Below, piece after piece: positions 21,025 to 30,959 of a stretch of DNA of 64,000 bases. The first letter of the stretch is position 1, and each line of letters begins with the position of its first letter. This stretch comes from Sulfolobales archaeon HS-7 (GTDB lineage Archaea; Thermoproteota; Thermoprotei_A; Sulfolobales; Sulfolobaceae), in assembly GCA_019704295.1 (NCBI GenBank), contig AP024596.1, positions 1,248,001 through 1,312,000 of the forward strand, written 5' to 3'. Under the pieces are notes generated by a model, which had not been told where the DNA came from, ran no database searches, and saw nothing but the letters and a program-made list of their open reading frames with translations. The translations under genes and the position numbers were made by a program.

Positions 21025-23175
21025 TTAAAGTAATGCTAACAAATGAAGAGCTAGTATTACTGAGGAAGAGAAACCGAAAGCCGATTGTAAGGCAGGTTTT
21101 ATAAATGTGAATATTACGATGCTTATTGTTGAAACCGTAACTGTGCTCATAGCTAGCTTGGAATCAGCAATTGTTCCAGTAATAGCCTTGTTTAGTATTA
21201 AGCCTAAAATTATTGAGGAAATTTGAATGAATACATATACTATGTTGAAGTCTGAACTGTTTATCTGAGTGTTAAGGAAGGGGAGTCCCTGAGTGCTTAC
21301 CCCTTGAAGCCCTGAAAATATCTGGTTTGAATTAAAAGAGGACAATAAAGATAGAGTTATTAATGAAGTTAAAGCAAGCAAAGCAGGCGTAATAATGGAG
21401 ATTATTTTGTAGAACCTTAATCGCGCTTCTGCCTCCCTCTTAGCGTTAACATAAGTGGTTACGAAGCTATGTATTTCCTCTATTAGGAGGGGAGAAATGT
21501 TTCCAGACTCGGTAAGTATTCCTAGGAGGAAAAAGATAAATTTTCCTAACCAACTAACGGTCCTAACTCTCACATTATTTAAAGTCCTACCTCTTTTTAT
21601 TTGCATAGCTATGTTTTTAATAATTTTCGTGAAAGCCGGTTGATAGGTCTTTGACTCACTCCTATTTATTATCGCTTTGGAGAGATCGTATCCTATTTTT
21701 CTGAATTCTGCAAGATCTCTTAGCATAGTTGGAAGCGAAGTCTCCACCTCCTTAATTTCGTTAAGCTGCGGTCTTACTTGTACATAAAGGAGGAGAAGGG
21801 GTACTATTACCGCCCCGTAAAGTGTAAGATATATAGGCACATTTGTAAGATATAATATACCTCCTAGCGCAATACCCAGAGCTACCGGAATGGTTAGATT
21901 GTATCTGACTTTATCGGGAGTTTTAGGTCTTACGCCCTTCGTCATGAAGTACAGCGCAAGTCCGAAGAGAAATGGTAGGACGAGTAGAAGATTAATGATT
22001 TGTGTCCCTCCTAGACCAACCAGGACTATAAAGATACTGGGGACGACTAAGAACAGAATCACGACGGCTTCACCCAAAGATGATATTCTCTCTGAAAACA
22101 ACATCCACTTTAGCGCTAACCACTGGGTAAATTCCTTTTCCTTATCATTTAAATACGCCTCCAGATCTCCTCCACTTGTGAAAACAGCTGAATATCCGTA
22201 TAGGAATGCGGAGTACTCCTTTGAAGTTCTCAATTCGGCCCTTTTTGACACAACTTCTAACATAGATTTCCCAAAAGTCATAATATCGCGAAGGAAAGCC
22301 GATGCTTCCATCTTAAAAGCAGTAAATACGTCAGTTTCCCTTATTTTTCTAAAGACGTATGTTATTGGTAGTCCCGATGACGATGCTATGGCCACAAGGG
22401 CAGCAAAGAACGGTAATTCGTAAAGGTTGAGTTCTCTGGCTTGCGATGCCTTAGAATATGTGTCAAGATAAGGATAGAAGAAGAATAATGCGGGGATTGA
22501 TAAGATGACTCCATAAACTATTAGAAACATTATCGGAGGGAACGGTAGAGTTATGCCGATTAAGGGAAGTCCGTAATTTACAAGTGCAAATATCCCAGCG
22601 GCCAAGATCACTGATACTGGAATGTAGTCTATTCCCGTGGCGCTGTAATCTATTATCTTGAAAACCATGTCTTCGTAACTTCCAGCTACGAGAACGTTCT
22701 TCTCAATCTTCTTGACATACCATCTCACTAACCTCTGAAACCTCTTAGTACCCAACAATACCTTCGCAACTTTCACCGGATATATTCCGTGCAATTTATT
22801 GACTTCCTGCTCGATTGCCCTTTTGTACTCAGGAAGACGGAACGTTGAGGCTATTACCTCGAAGATTATAAGTCCTACAAAGGCCGCTACTACAGCCAGT
22901 CCTATTGTGTTTGCATAGAAAGGATTGTTAATAACTGCTATGAGGAAGTGATCTATCGGAATCAGGAAGAATGCAAGCACGACATCGAGTATTAGAAAAG
23001 CTAGGAGGAGAACGGTGTCCCTTGTTCGTGAAATAACAATAAGGAACAACATTAACTTTACGATGGGATCGTTACCTACCATTTTGCTCTTCTTAGTAAT
23101 GTTACTTTCCTCCTTCTCCTTGGGTTTCTTTTCCTTAGGTTTCATTAAATCCCTAAGTCCTGCCAACCCCCTCAT
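21025..23175 (-). CDS. Type IV pilus/T2SS-F membrane platform protein (TadC/FlaJ-like, two F domains)
   Basis: Two repeats of the F-domain start (ELPFFAALVAIASSSGL; LPTMLRDLAEFRKIG), multiple TM helices, ATGA overlap with the ATPase. Confidence 0.9.
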   Translation of the reverse strand: MRGLAGLRDLMKPKEKKPKEKEESNITKKSKMVGNDPIVKLMLFLIVISRTRDTVLLLAFLILDVVLAFFLIPIDHFLIAVINNPFYANTIGLAVVAAFVGLIIFEVIASTFRLPEYKRAIEQEVNKLHGIYPVKVAKVLLGTKRFQRLVRWYVKKIEKNVLVAGSYEDMVFKIIDYSATGIDYIPVSVILAAGIFALVNYGLPLIGITLPFPPIMFLIVYGVILSIPALFFFYPYLDTYSKASQARELNLYELPFFAALVAIASSSGLPITYVFRKIRETDVFTAFKMEASAFLRDIMTFGKSMLEVVSKRAELRTSKEYSAFLYGYSAVFTSGGDLEAYLNDKEKEFTQWLALKWMLFSERISSLGEAVVILFLVVPSIFIVLVGLGGTQIINLLLVLPFLFGLALYFMTKGVRPKTPDKVRYNLTIPVALGIALGGILYLTNVPIYLTLYGAVIVPLLLLYVQVRPQLNEIKEVETSLPTMLRDLAEFRKIGYDLSKAIINRSESKTYQPAFTKIIKNIAMQIKRGRTLNNVRVRTVSWLGKFIFFLLGILTESGNISPLLIEEIHSFVTTYVNAKREAEARLRFYKIISIITPALLALTSLITLSLLSSFNSNQIFSGLQGVSTQGLPFLNTQINSSDFNIVYVFIQISSIILGLILNKAITGTIADSKLAMSTVTVSTISIVIFTFIKPALQSAFGFSSSVILALHLLALL

Positions 23176-24797
23176 ACCCCTATGAGGTTTTTAGACTGTG
23201 AAGCAATTATCTGGTCTATTTGTGCAGGCTCCAAATAGTATAACCTAAGGTAACCTGCTAATTCGTTATAACTTGATATCTTCATTTTCATAAGTGCCCT
23301 AAGGAACTCTACCCTTCTCTCTGCTTCATACTTCAATGTGGAGTCATCCCACGCAAGGTAAGTGGCAGCGTCTTTTAATTGATAAGAGTTTTGTAACACT
23401 TTGGAAATACTATTTGGTGTAGTTTCGTTTAGTACGGTATTGTATTCAAACACCTTCTGATACGTATTACTCGTTCCCTGAGGAATGTTTTCCCATATAG
23501 TCATAATTCGTCTGTACTGTTCTCTAGTTTTGTAATCTATTAATCTGTTTACTGATACAATTGAGGACAATAGTTGTTCAAATTCCCTTGCGGTCACTTC
23601 AGGCAATAACCCTAAAATCCTCGCCCTAACTTCTTCTGGGTTAGCACCGTGAAATGTGGTTATGCCTCCGTGACCTGTTGCAGAAGCCTGAACTAAATTA
23701 CCCATTTCCGAACCTCTTACCTCTCCCACTATTACGTAGTCTGGCCTATACCTTAAGGATGTCTTAACTAGTGCATCCATTCCAATTTCTTTCCCTGAGG
23801 CAAAAGCCACAGTTCTCGTGAAAAGTCTTATCCAGTTTTCATGTGGAAGTAGTAATTCAGGTGTATCCTCAATAGTGAGGATTTTCGCATTAGGATGAAG
23901 CAGCGTTAATAACGCGTTAAGGAAAGTGGTCTTTCCCGAACCCGTAGGTCCCACGATTAGAATGAATTTCTTAGCCTCGGCTAAAATCCATAGATATACA
24001 ACCTCTGGTATACTCGTCATCCCCTTTTGTATTAAATCAATAATCGTAAAGGGTTTTTCTGGATGCTTCCTTATATCCATGGTAGAACCAGGGAGTGAAA
24101 CCTCATTACCGTATGTCGTTGCAACTCGATGACCCTCCTTCAGAATGGCATCCTGTATTGGGTTCGCCAAGCTAATAGTTTTTCCTCCTCTTTCCATTAT
24201 CTTTTCCACAAGGGACTTTACCTCAGTCTCGCTGTCAAATATAATGTTAGTCGGCAACCTGAGATATTTGGTAAAATACTTGTGTACAACTGTAACCGGC
24301 TTTCCAAATCCCGATATCTCAATTTCCTCAATGTTTTTGTCATAAATAAGAGGTGTTAGGATTGAATAACTCATTTCCCTGATAACCATATATACTAACT
24401 TATCTATGCTTGAACCTTCCACTATTAGATCAAGATTCTCCGCAATATTTTGTAAATATTCTCTTATTTGTTTTTTCATTGCAAAAGGTGAAACTTTCTC
24501 ATCATAAACGTCCCCCAAGATAGGTACAGACACATACATGTATTCTTGAATTTGGTTTATTATATCCTCCTCCTTTGGAAGAATGTTCGGCTCTTTTATA
24601 AAGTAGTATCCCCGACCGTTTATCTCCTTTATCGTTATTTTTACATAAGAAAGAATCGGATCTACTTCGCTAAGATCATATTCCGATAAAATTTTCCCTT
24701 CTGGGGGAATGCTCTTTACCTTCAAAATTTTCTCTGCGCCTGCATCCTCCTTATTCTTATCAAGAATCGTTTTCCTGAATACTGGAAACTTAACCAT
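23172..24797 (-). CDS. Type II/IV secretion (VirB11/FlaI/TadA-like) pilus assembly ATPase
   Basis: Walker A GPTGSGKTT, Asp box IEDTPEL, LRYRPD..IVGEVRG (Walker B), His box GHGGITTFH. Confidence 0.95.
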   Translation of the reverse strand: MVKFPVFRKTILDKNKEDAGAEKILKVKSIPPEGKILSEYDLSEVDPILSYVKITIKEINGRGYYFIKEPNILPKEEDIINQIQEYMYVSVPILGDVYDEKVSPFAMKKQIREYLQNIAENLDLIVEGSSIDKLVYMVIREMSYSILTPLIYDKNIEEIEISGFGKPVTVVHKYFTKYLRLPTNIIFDSETEVKSLVEKIMERGGKTISLANPIQDAILKEGHRVATTYGNEVSLPGSTMDIRKHPEKPFTIIDLIQKGMTSIPEVVYLWILAEAKKFILIVGPTGSGKTTFLNALLTLLHPNAKILTIEDTPELLLPHENWIRLFTRTVAFASGKEIGMDALVKTSLRYRPDYVIVGEVRGSEMGNLVQASATGHGGITTFHGANPEEVRARILGLLPEVTAREFEQLLSSIVSVNRLIDYKTREQYRRIMTIWENIPQGTSNTYQKVFEYNTVLNETTPNSISKVLQNSYQLKDAATYLAWDDSTLKYEAERRVEFLRALMKMKISSYNELAGYLRLYYLEPAQIDQIIASQSKNLIGV

Positions 24798-24824
24798 ATC
24801 CTATTAATTAAATCGTTTATTAAT

Positions 24825-24848
24825 AGATGTATATAAACTTTCATGAAA
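24825..24848 (-). promoter_or_regulatory. Putative BRE/TATA for the ATPase-platform operon
   Basis: Minus strand reads gaaagTTTATATA upstream of the ATG. Confidence 0.5.
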
Positions 24849-24858
24849 GAATAAGCAA

Positions 24859-25008
24859 TTAGGGTTTCTATTGTGAATTGTAATTATTACAAACCGCAAT
24901 TAAATAAAGGAAATTGTTAAGTGCTAATTCCTACCTAGTCTATGCAATTGCATTAGATTGAATTCATTTTATCTTTCTAAAAAAACTGAATTTGTGGCAA
25001 ACCAGTAA
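24859..25008 (+). repeat. MITE-like repeat family B, copy 6
   Basis: gggtttctattgtgaattgtaatt...caattaaataaaggaaattgttaagtgc; closely similar to the copy at 56164. Confidence 0.7.
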
Positions 25009-25493
25009 AAGGTCCACCATCTGGAGTTGAGGAAATTAATTAGATCTCTGTAATAATTTCATAAATTTCTACAAATAAATATAGAGTGAAATAGCAAAAT
25101 ACCAGATAAGTGAACTACCTTAATCCTCGCTGATAAAACAAAAATTTAGTAATTATATCGCTTTATACTCTAAAGTTCATGTGCCTACTTCTATGGAATT
25201 GAATTAACTCGGTTTAAGGAATCATCTTGAAGAAAAGAAATTGAGTCCTTTGTTTTTAAAATATGAGAAATAACTATCCTAGGATTATATCAAAACTAGA
25301 GTAAGTTAATACTACGTCGAATCTTACGTAAATATTATTAGTAGGAACTATAATGATCTCATCGGAGTTAAAAGCACTTAATTTCCTTTGCTAAACATTT
25401 CGAGAACTGACGGATTTCAGTAAAGTACTAATAAATTTTTGGTCTGCCTTAAACGAACTTGAGGGGTTTGCACAGCCCCACAGTCTCATTTGA

Positions 25494-25840
25494 AAGTGTC
25501 CAATGTGGGACTGTTAGTTCCTTCTAGGATTTAATTTTGAGATATGTGAATAAAAGGGATTACATTAGGCTGAATTGATGGTAAAATACAGGGATTTCAG
25601 TAAATTAAACGCCCTGTTAACATGTTCTGAACGCTTAGAAAAGGATCGACTAGTTACGCTAGAAAAGCTCAATCCCTAGGTTTGATTCTAAAAAATCACG
25701 CTCTTTCTACTACACTAAATAAACTAATTTTTATATTACTGCTTTTGAAATATCTGAACGAATTTTATCCATGATAGATACGTTTTATAACTTTCTAGTT
25801 TATCTAGTTATTCACATTAATTATGTATTGAACAATGTCT
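25494..25840 (+). mobile_element. Internally deleted non-autonomous derivative of the IS with CAGTGTCCAATGTG ends
   Basis: Starts aagtgtccaatgtg; 3' part resembles 43040-43232 and 29200-29385. Confidence 0.5.
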
Positions 25841-26224
25841 TGAGAAAGCACTCGTCGGAGCTGTATCTCATTTGCAAGAAGACTGAGAAATTCAAGGACC
25901 TTACATAATAAGCCTTAAAGGTCTAGGTGATACACTCCTTATACCCATGTCTATACTTCTTCTCCATACTTAATCCTTACCTAACGCTATCGTTGGAATT
26001 TAATCAAAGATATTCATTACTGAATTAAAACAAATGAAACTTAGAAAAACTGGAATCTGTCATCGACTCTTACGAATCTTAAGATTTTCAGACACTTGTA
26101 ATCACTCTAATATCGGCTCATAAAAATGGCAGCATATAGGTCTGAAATTATTAATCGGGGTGGATTATCCTTTTTAAGGAAAAATTAATCACCAGTATGC
26201 GATTATGAATTCACTCCATAAACG

Positions 26225-26617
26225 TTATTGTCTTAACGCATATAGGAGTTCTCTAAGAAGTTCAAGCTCCGCATTAACCTCCCTTTCTAAACTCCTTCTT
26301 AGAGGTAAAATTCTCTTTGTCGTGAACCTTAAGTGAAGAACTGTGTTATCGAGATAGGGAATAAGAAGGACTACCAACTGATCGAGTGTATAGTTATTCT
26401 TAGATATAATCCATATAATATATTGATCTTTCAGATGAAGTGTAGCGGTGACTTTACCGTTAATTAAATAGGTGAGATTACTAATTTTACTGATTTCCTC
26501 AACTTCATAGAATAGTCTTAGACAACCCGAATTTAGGAAAAAGGATTGTAACTTCCTGTAATTATAAGGTAACTCTTTCTCAAGTATGATTTCTTTCACA
26601 GTATTATTTCCTGTCAC
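26225..26617 (-). CDS. Hypothetical protein, possibly SRPBCC/START-like fold
   Basis: 130 aa; strand-helix start, beta-rich middle and long amphipathic C-terminal helix. Fold call is tentative. Confidence 0.5.
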   Translation of the reverse strand: MTGNNTVKEIILEKELPYNYRKLQSFFLNSGCLRLFYEVEEISKISNLTYLINGKVTATLHLKDQYIIWIISKNNYTLDQLVVLLIPYLDNTVLHLRFTTKRILPLRRSLEREVNAELELLRELLYALRQ

Positions 26618-26938
26618 ATCATATTTATCAATTTTTTGTTTGTCTAGAACTATGTTATTTCATTCAATTGTTGAATTATAATTAGATATTATTGGTACAA
26701 CTTATTATTAAAATACAGGAAGGGCTAACCCTGGAAACTACACGGAAAATTATTAAGATATTTAGCTGCGACATCTTTTTATTAAATCCGTATTGCGTTA
26801 TTATGGGGGATCTTGTTTATCTTAGGATAAACAAAAATTAGCATGAATCATACCTAGGGACTTATACTTACCATGTAAAAACAATTCGAAAACAAATAAA
26901 AATTTTAGCTTGAAGAATAATATAAACTCTATACTTCT

Positions 26939-27412
26939 CTAATATATAGTATAGTGTTCTGATATCGAGGTCGACTGGCTTGTACCAGAAGCAGTCGTTC
27001 CAGTGCCAGAAATTTGTATCTCTACCGTGCTACCAGACGGTATATTTGCTCCTTGTTGTTGTACTAAGAACCACACAACCATTTGGTCGCCAGGATTTAA
27101 TGTCCCGATACTAGTATTCGAAACCGGATTCACACTACCACTATAAAAGACGTTTCCAGTTAGACTAAGAGCTATGCCACCTGTATTTTGAACTGTGACG
27201 ATTATATATTCGGTTTCTCCCCCCAATACTATTGCATTAACATTAAGAATGGAGAGTGATGCCTTCGCTGAATTACTTGTAAGGAGATGGGCTACATAGT
27301 ATGCTACGAAAGCGGCAGCAACTATGACAATTAAGATCAACAACACCGTACTAATAATACCCTCTACTCCTCTTCTTACTTTCCTATTATTGTATCTTTT
27401 CTCTACTATCAT
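26939..27412 (-). CDS. Archaeal type IV pilin (probable major pilin)
   Basis: Class III signal peptide RKVRRG|VEGIISTVLLILIVIVAAAFV; globular domain VTVQNTG...LNPG...GSTVEI; stand-alone gene with strong TATA. Confidence 0.9.
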   Translation of the reverse strand: MIVEKRYNNRKVRRGVEGIISTVLLILIVIVAAAFVAYYVAHLLTSNSAKASLSILNVNAIVLGGETEYIIVTVQNTGGIALSLTGNVFYSGSVNPVSNTSIGTLNPGDQMVVWFLVQQQGANIPSGSTVEIQISGTGTTASGTSQSTSISEHYTIY

Positions 27413-27432
27413 TTCAAAAATATTTTTTCTGG

Positions 27433-27453
27433 ACTTATATATAAACTTTTCCG
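27433..27453 (-). promoter_or_regulatory. BRE/TATA of the pilin gene (leaderless transcript)
   Basis: Minus strand reads gcggaaaagTTTATATA about 25-30 nt upstream of the ATG. Confidence 0.6.
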
Positions 27454-27461
27454 CTTACTAG

Positions 27462-28418
27462 ACTCTGTAACAAAAACTCTAAGTAATCCTTACTTCCCAT
27501 TTCGAACACGTAAACAAGAAGTTGACTCAGAAGGACTTCGAGGACTTCAAGGAGTCAATAGAGGACTTGATCACCGCAAAAGGAGAGTAGGGTAGGTAAG
27601 GTGGAGATTGAGGAAAGGGAAGAGGTTAACTAGGTTAAGCCTCGGTAAAGAGTTAGGGCGTCACACAATGAGGGGAAGTTCATGTAAACATGGGAAAACA
27701 AGGGAGGAAGAGCAAGTTAACCCCCAGGGCGTACCAATAATCAATACCTAGGCCAACAGGGAAGCACAGGACTAGCGTGACTAACAAAGCAGGAGATAAG
27801 CTACAAGACGGTAGAGAGACTTGTTTAATGTTTTTCCTTGTGCTTTACAACATGCTCTCAAAGAGCGTAGTGGACTTCGTCAATGGACAGGCTATTCCCT
27901 AGTGAGCATTACTGGAAGAAGGTGAGAAGTCCGGGAAAGAGGTGAAAAAAAGGAAAGCACTTCGCGTACTCTTCATTACCTAGGCAGTAACTTAATCGCT
28001 TAGTTACTCGCTCAAGAGCGAGAGGCTTACGAGGCCCTCTAGTTTCTGAGGGATTTTACCGTGCAAGTTGACTCCTTGAGGGTTGACAAGTACTACGGCA
28101 AGTCTGCACTTGACGACTTCTATAATTCCGAGGTCTATTTAACCTAAATCTAACTTAACGATCGATGGAGGGAAGATGTCGAGATGACATTGAGGTTCAT
28201 TAGCCCATTGGAATAAAGGAGTCAAGCCTGAGAACAGAGTCCCCGATCTCCTTTAAGGAGGACAGGGCGTATCATAAACAGGGTCGATAAGAGAGGATCC
28301 ACTTGACGTTCCTAACAAAGGTCGTAATTCACGACATACTGTGGTCTAAAGCATTAGATTAAAAATCCTGAAATCATATGTAAATTTGCAACCCATTAGA
28401 TTAATTTGTCTCAGACTC
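27462..28418 (+). mobile_element. Decayed IS5/IS4-superfamily element, second copy
   Basis: Colinear with the reverse complement of 4233-5231; ends actctgtaacaaaaact ... aatttgtctcagactc. Confidence 0.8.
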
Positions 28419-28555
28419 CTCTTTTGCCTTGTAATTTCCCTAAATTTCTGCGGCCCTTTCTCAAACTTAATGCTCGGTAAGCGATAATCTTAGGTTTGAA
28501 TTAGGTACTATTAATATTGTAGAATTTCAGATGATTTGGAAAACAGAATATATAG

Positions 28556-29385
28556 CAGTGGTATTATCCCAATTTTACTAAAAATAATATAATTTCGAAA
28601 AACCAAGGGAAAATCTCGCCAGCTAAAGTAAAAATAAGTTAAATTTCTTTTTAAAGCGGGGAAAGGATCGACCTTTGTATCGGAGAAAGGTGCATAAGCT
28701 AGTTTTTGCGCGTATAGTGATACCTTGTGTTTGGCATTATCAAAAGGAAAGAAATGAGGACGTTAAAGTTTAACCGAGGGAATTCTCAAATCCTTGGTAT
28801 AAGGGTAAGGAAACCCCGGGATGAGTTCCTTGGCAAATAAGTTACTTAAACCCGTTTAAGTTCATTTCCTCCAATCCTAAGAACATCGTGAGATGGGTAA
28901 GATCCCCTCCTCAGGGTATAGGACTACATCTCCCTTGTGAGATACTGGAAGTGGTTGAGGAACTTTTGGGAAGGATTATCGAATTCTGTGAGTTGCACAT
29001 TATTTTTCAGAAGAGAAGAACGTCCTGGGACTTGCCGAGACCTTTCTGAGCTAGACAAGGGAGCAGCGACACTAAGGAACGATCTTTAAGGGGTAAGAGG
29101 CTTAAAGGGATTAAACGCCTTCGCCAGCTTCATAGGTCTAGCTTACAACATTCAACAATTTGGAACCCTTGTAAAACCCTGAAATCTTTGCTTTAAGACC
29201 TTACTAAAAAAACTCGTTCCTAGCCTTGAATCTCGAAAATTATATGATTACTTCTAATCATGCCTTAATAAACTGATTTTATATTATTTCTATTCTCATA
29301 ATCGAGCGAATTTAATTCCAGTAAGATGTGTTTTACAAATTTTTTAGTTTATCTAATTATTCGCAATAATTACACGTTCGACACT
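28556..29385 (+). mobile_element. Chimeric IS remnant
   Basis: Left part matches the left end of 31230-32617; right part matches the right end of the 42000-43232 element (..aattacacgttcgacactg). Confidence 0.6.
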
Positions 29386-29483
29386 GTAACATAATTAGCT
29401 AAAAATTTTTACATAATATTCAAGTAAACCTCAAAACTTGAGGTAACGAAATTTTTAAATAGAAGATAAGAAAAAAACTCCTA

Positions 29484-29987
29484 GTGAATAGAAGAGCAAC
29501 ATCGGTAATTATATCGACGGTCCTCCTATTATTGATCACTTTGGTAGCAATATCACTAGTCATGTATTATTATGGATCGCAAATACCATCAGCGGTTAGC
29601 GTATCACTACAAAAGGAAAGAATTGCTATAAGGGAGGGAGGGCAGTTACTTAATTTGATTTACTTTTACTGTAATAGTCCCTGTTACAGCGCTACGTTTT
29701 ACGTTGAAGACACATCTTCACTACCAATATATATACAGGCGGTATGCCTATTGAGTCCTGACGGAACTGTAAGTCTATATACGGAAGGGTTAAATGTGGG
29801 TAATTCACTTAATGGTTTGGTAGAAATCTGTAACAGTAACGGACCATTACAGACGACTAATATTGATGGCGTTGAATATATAATCCTCTTTTCACACGAA
29901 ATTTATTGGATTCATATAGATTATCCCGGAAATATTGCTTCAATGAAGCTTATTATCAAGAGTAATGGATTTTATATTGAGGTGTAG
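29484..29987 (+). CDS. Minor pilin 1a (class III signal peptide)
   Basis: MNRRA|TSVIISTVLLLLITLVAI; paralog of 38683-39204 (shared EGGQLL, ATFY.EDTS.LP.Y, KS.GFY.EV). Confidence 0.85.
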   Translation: MNRRATSVIISTVLLLLITLVAISLVMYYYGSQIPSAVSVSLQKERIAIREGGQLLNLIYFYCNSPCYSATFYVEDTSSLPIYIQAVCLLSPDGTVSLYTEGLNVGNSLNGLVEICNSNGPLQTTNIDGVEYIILFSHEIYWIHIDYPGNIASMKLIIKSNGFYIEV

Positions 29988-29990
29988 TTG

Positions 29991-30416
29991 ATGAGTATGA
30001 AGGCCCAAAGCTCTGTAATAGTTATGATTGCAGTAATGGCAATATTCTTTCTAGCGTTATCATCAATTGTTTATGTTCAAATGATAATGGGAACCATTAC
30101 CAACGAGTATAAGTCAATATACCAGATCGATGTATTGAAGGGAAGGGAATCGCTACTTGTAACGGTGTATCAAAGTGAGCAAGGCTATGTCCTTACTATT
30201 GTAAACAACGGTCCAATACAGACAAGAATTACCGGAATTTTTGCAGTATGTAACAGCGGTAATTATTTAATGAAATGTCCGTTGAATAACGGTGCAGATC
30301 AAACTTTGTCTCCTCAACAAAGTATAGTATTAACCTATAACCCGCCTAACCCAACTAACGTTGAGGCATACATAGTAGTTACTATGTATGGAAACGTTTA
30401 TTATGCAGCGACGTGA
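29991..30416 (+). CDS. Minor pilin 2a
   Basis: MSMKA|QSSVIVMIAV; NNGPI.T.ITGIF, SPQQ and TMYGN shared with 38231-38680. Confidence 0.85.
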   Translation: MSMKAQSSVIVMIAVMAIFFLALSSIVYVQMIMGTITNEYKSIYQIDVLKGRESLLVTVYQSEQGYVLTIVNNGPIQTRITGIFAVCNSGNYLMKCPLNNGADQTLSPQQSIVLTYNPPNPTNVEAYIVVTMYGNVYYAAT

Positions 30417-30420
30417 GAGC

Positions 30421-30891
30421 ATGATGAGGAATAGAAAAGAGACTAGAGCAGTTTCAGAGGTTGTAGCCTCGGTTATCTTAATTTTAATAACTCTTTCTGC
30501 AATGAGTTATGTCATATATTACTTTATGTACAGATACTATGAAGAAGGAGCTGGACTAAATTTAGAAGCAAATAGACTAATATTATCGTCAGGGCAGATA
30601 ATATCAACACTTTACGTTTATAATAACGGTACGGATTACGTTTTCTATTTTGAAGATATTGGTAATTTCAAATTGGATCTGCAGGGGGTATGTTACATGA
30701 CCGGCGGAAAATTAGTTAACATAAGCGCTAACGCGCCTATATATAACTATTCTAGTGTGGTTAAATGCGCACCAACCACAATTTGGCCGCGAGAAGTTTA
30801 CTGGATAGTTCTAAATGATGGTGAACTAAGCTCCTTTAATGGTATTCTCTATCTTAAAATAAACGGTGTATTCATACAGCTACAGGGATAA
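30421..30891 (+). CDS. Minor pilin 3a
   Basis: RKETRA|VSEVVASVILILITL; YFED.GNF, PR..YW and GILYL.I.GV.I shared with 37706-38221. Confidence 0.85.
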   Translation: MMRNRKETRAVSEVVASVILILITLSAMSYVIYYFMYRYYEEGAGLNLEANRLILSSGQIISTLYVYNNGTDYVFYFEDIGNFKLDLQGVCYMTGGKLVNISANAPIYNYSSVVKCAPTTIWPREVYWIVLNDGELSSFNGILYLKINGVFIQLQG

Positions 30892-30959
30892 TATCTAACA
30901 TATTTCGTCGACAAATACTTCAATTGATAAATTCAAAATATTTTCCTAATAAAATAGTA

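Noticed and set aside
21025-27412. Assignment as archaellum, Ups, Aap or bindosome
   Set aside because: No ArlH/F/G-like, UpsX-like or sugar-binding-protein genes are visible nearby and I cannot establish orthology by eye, so no gene symbols were given.
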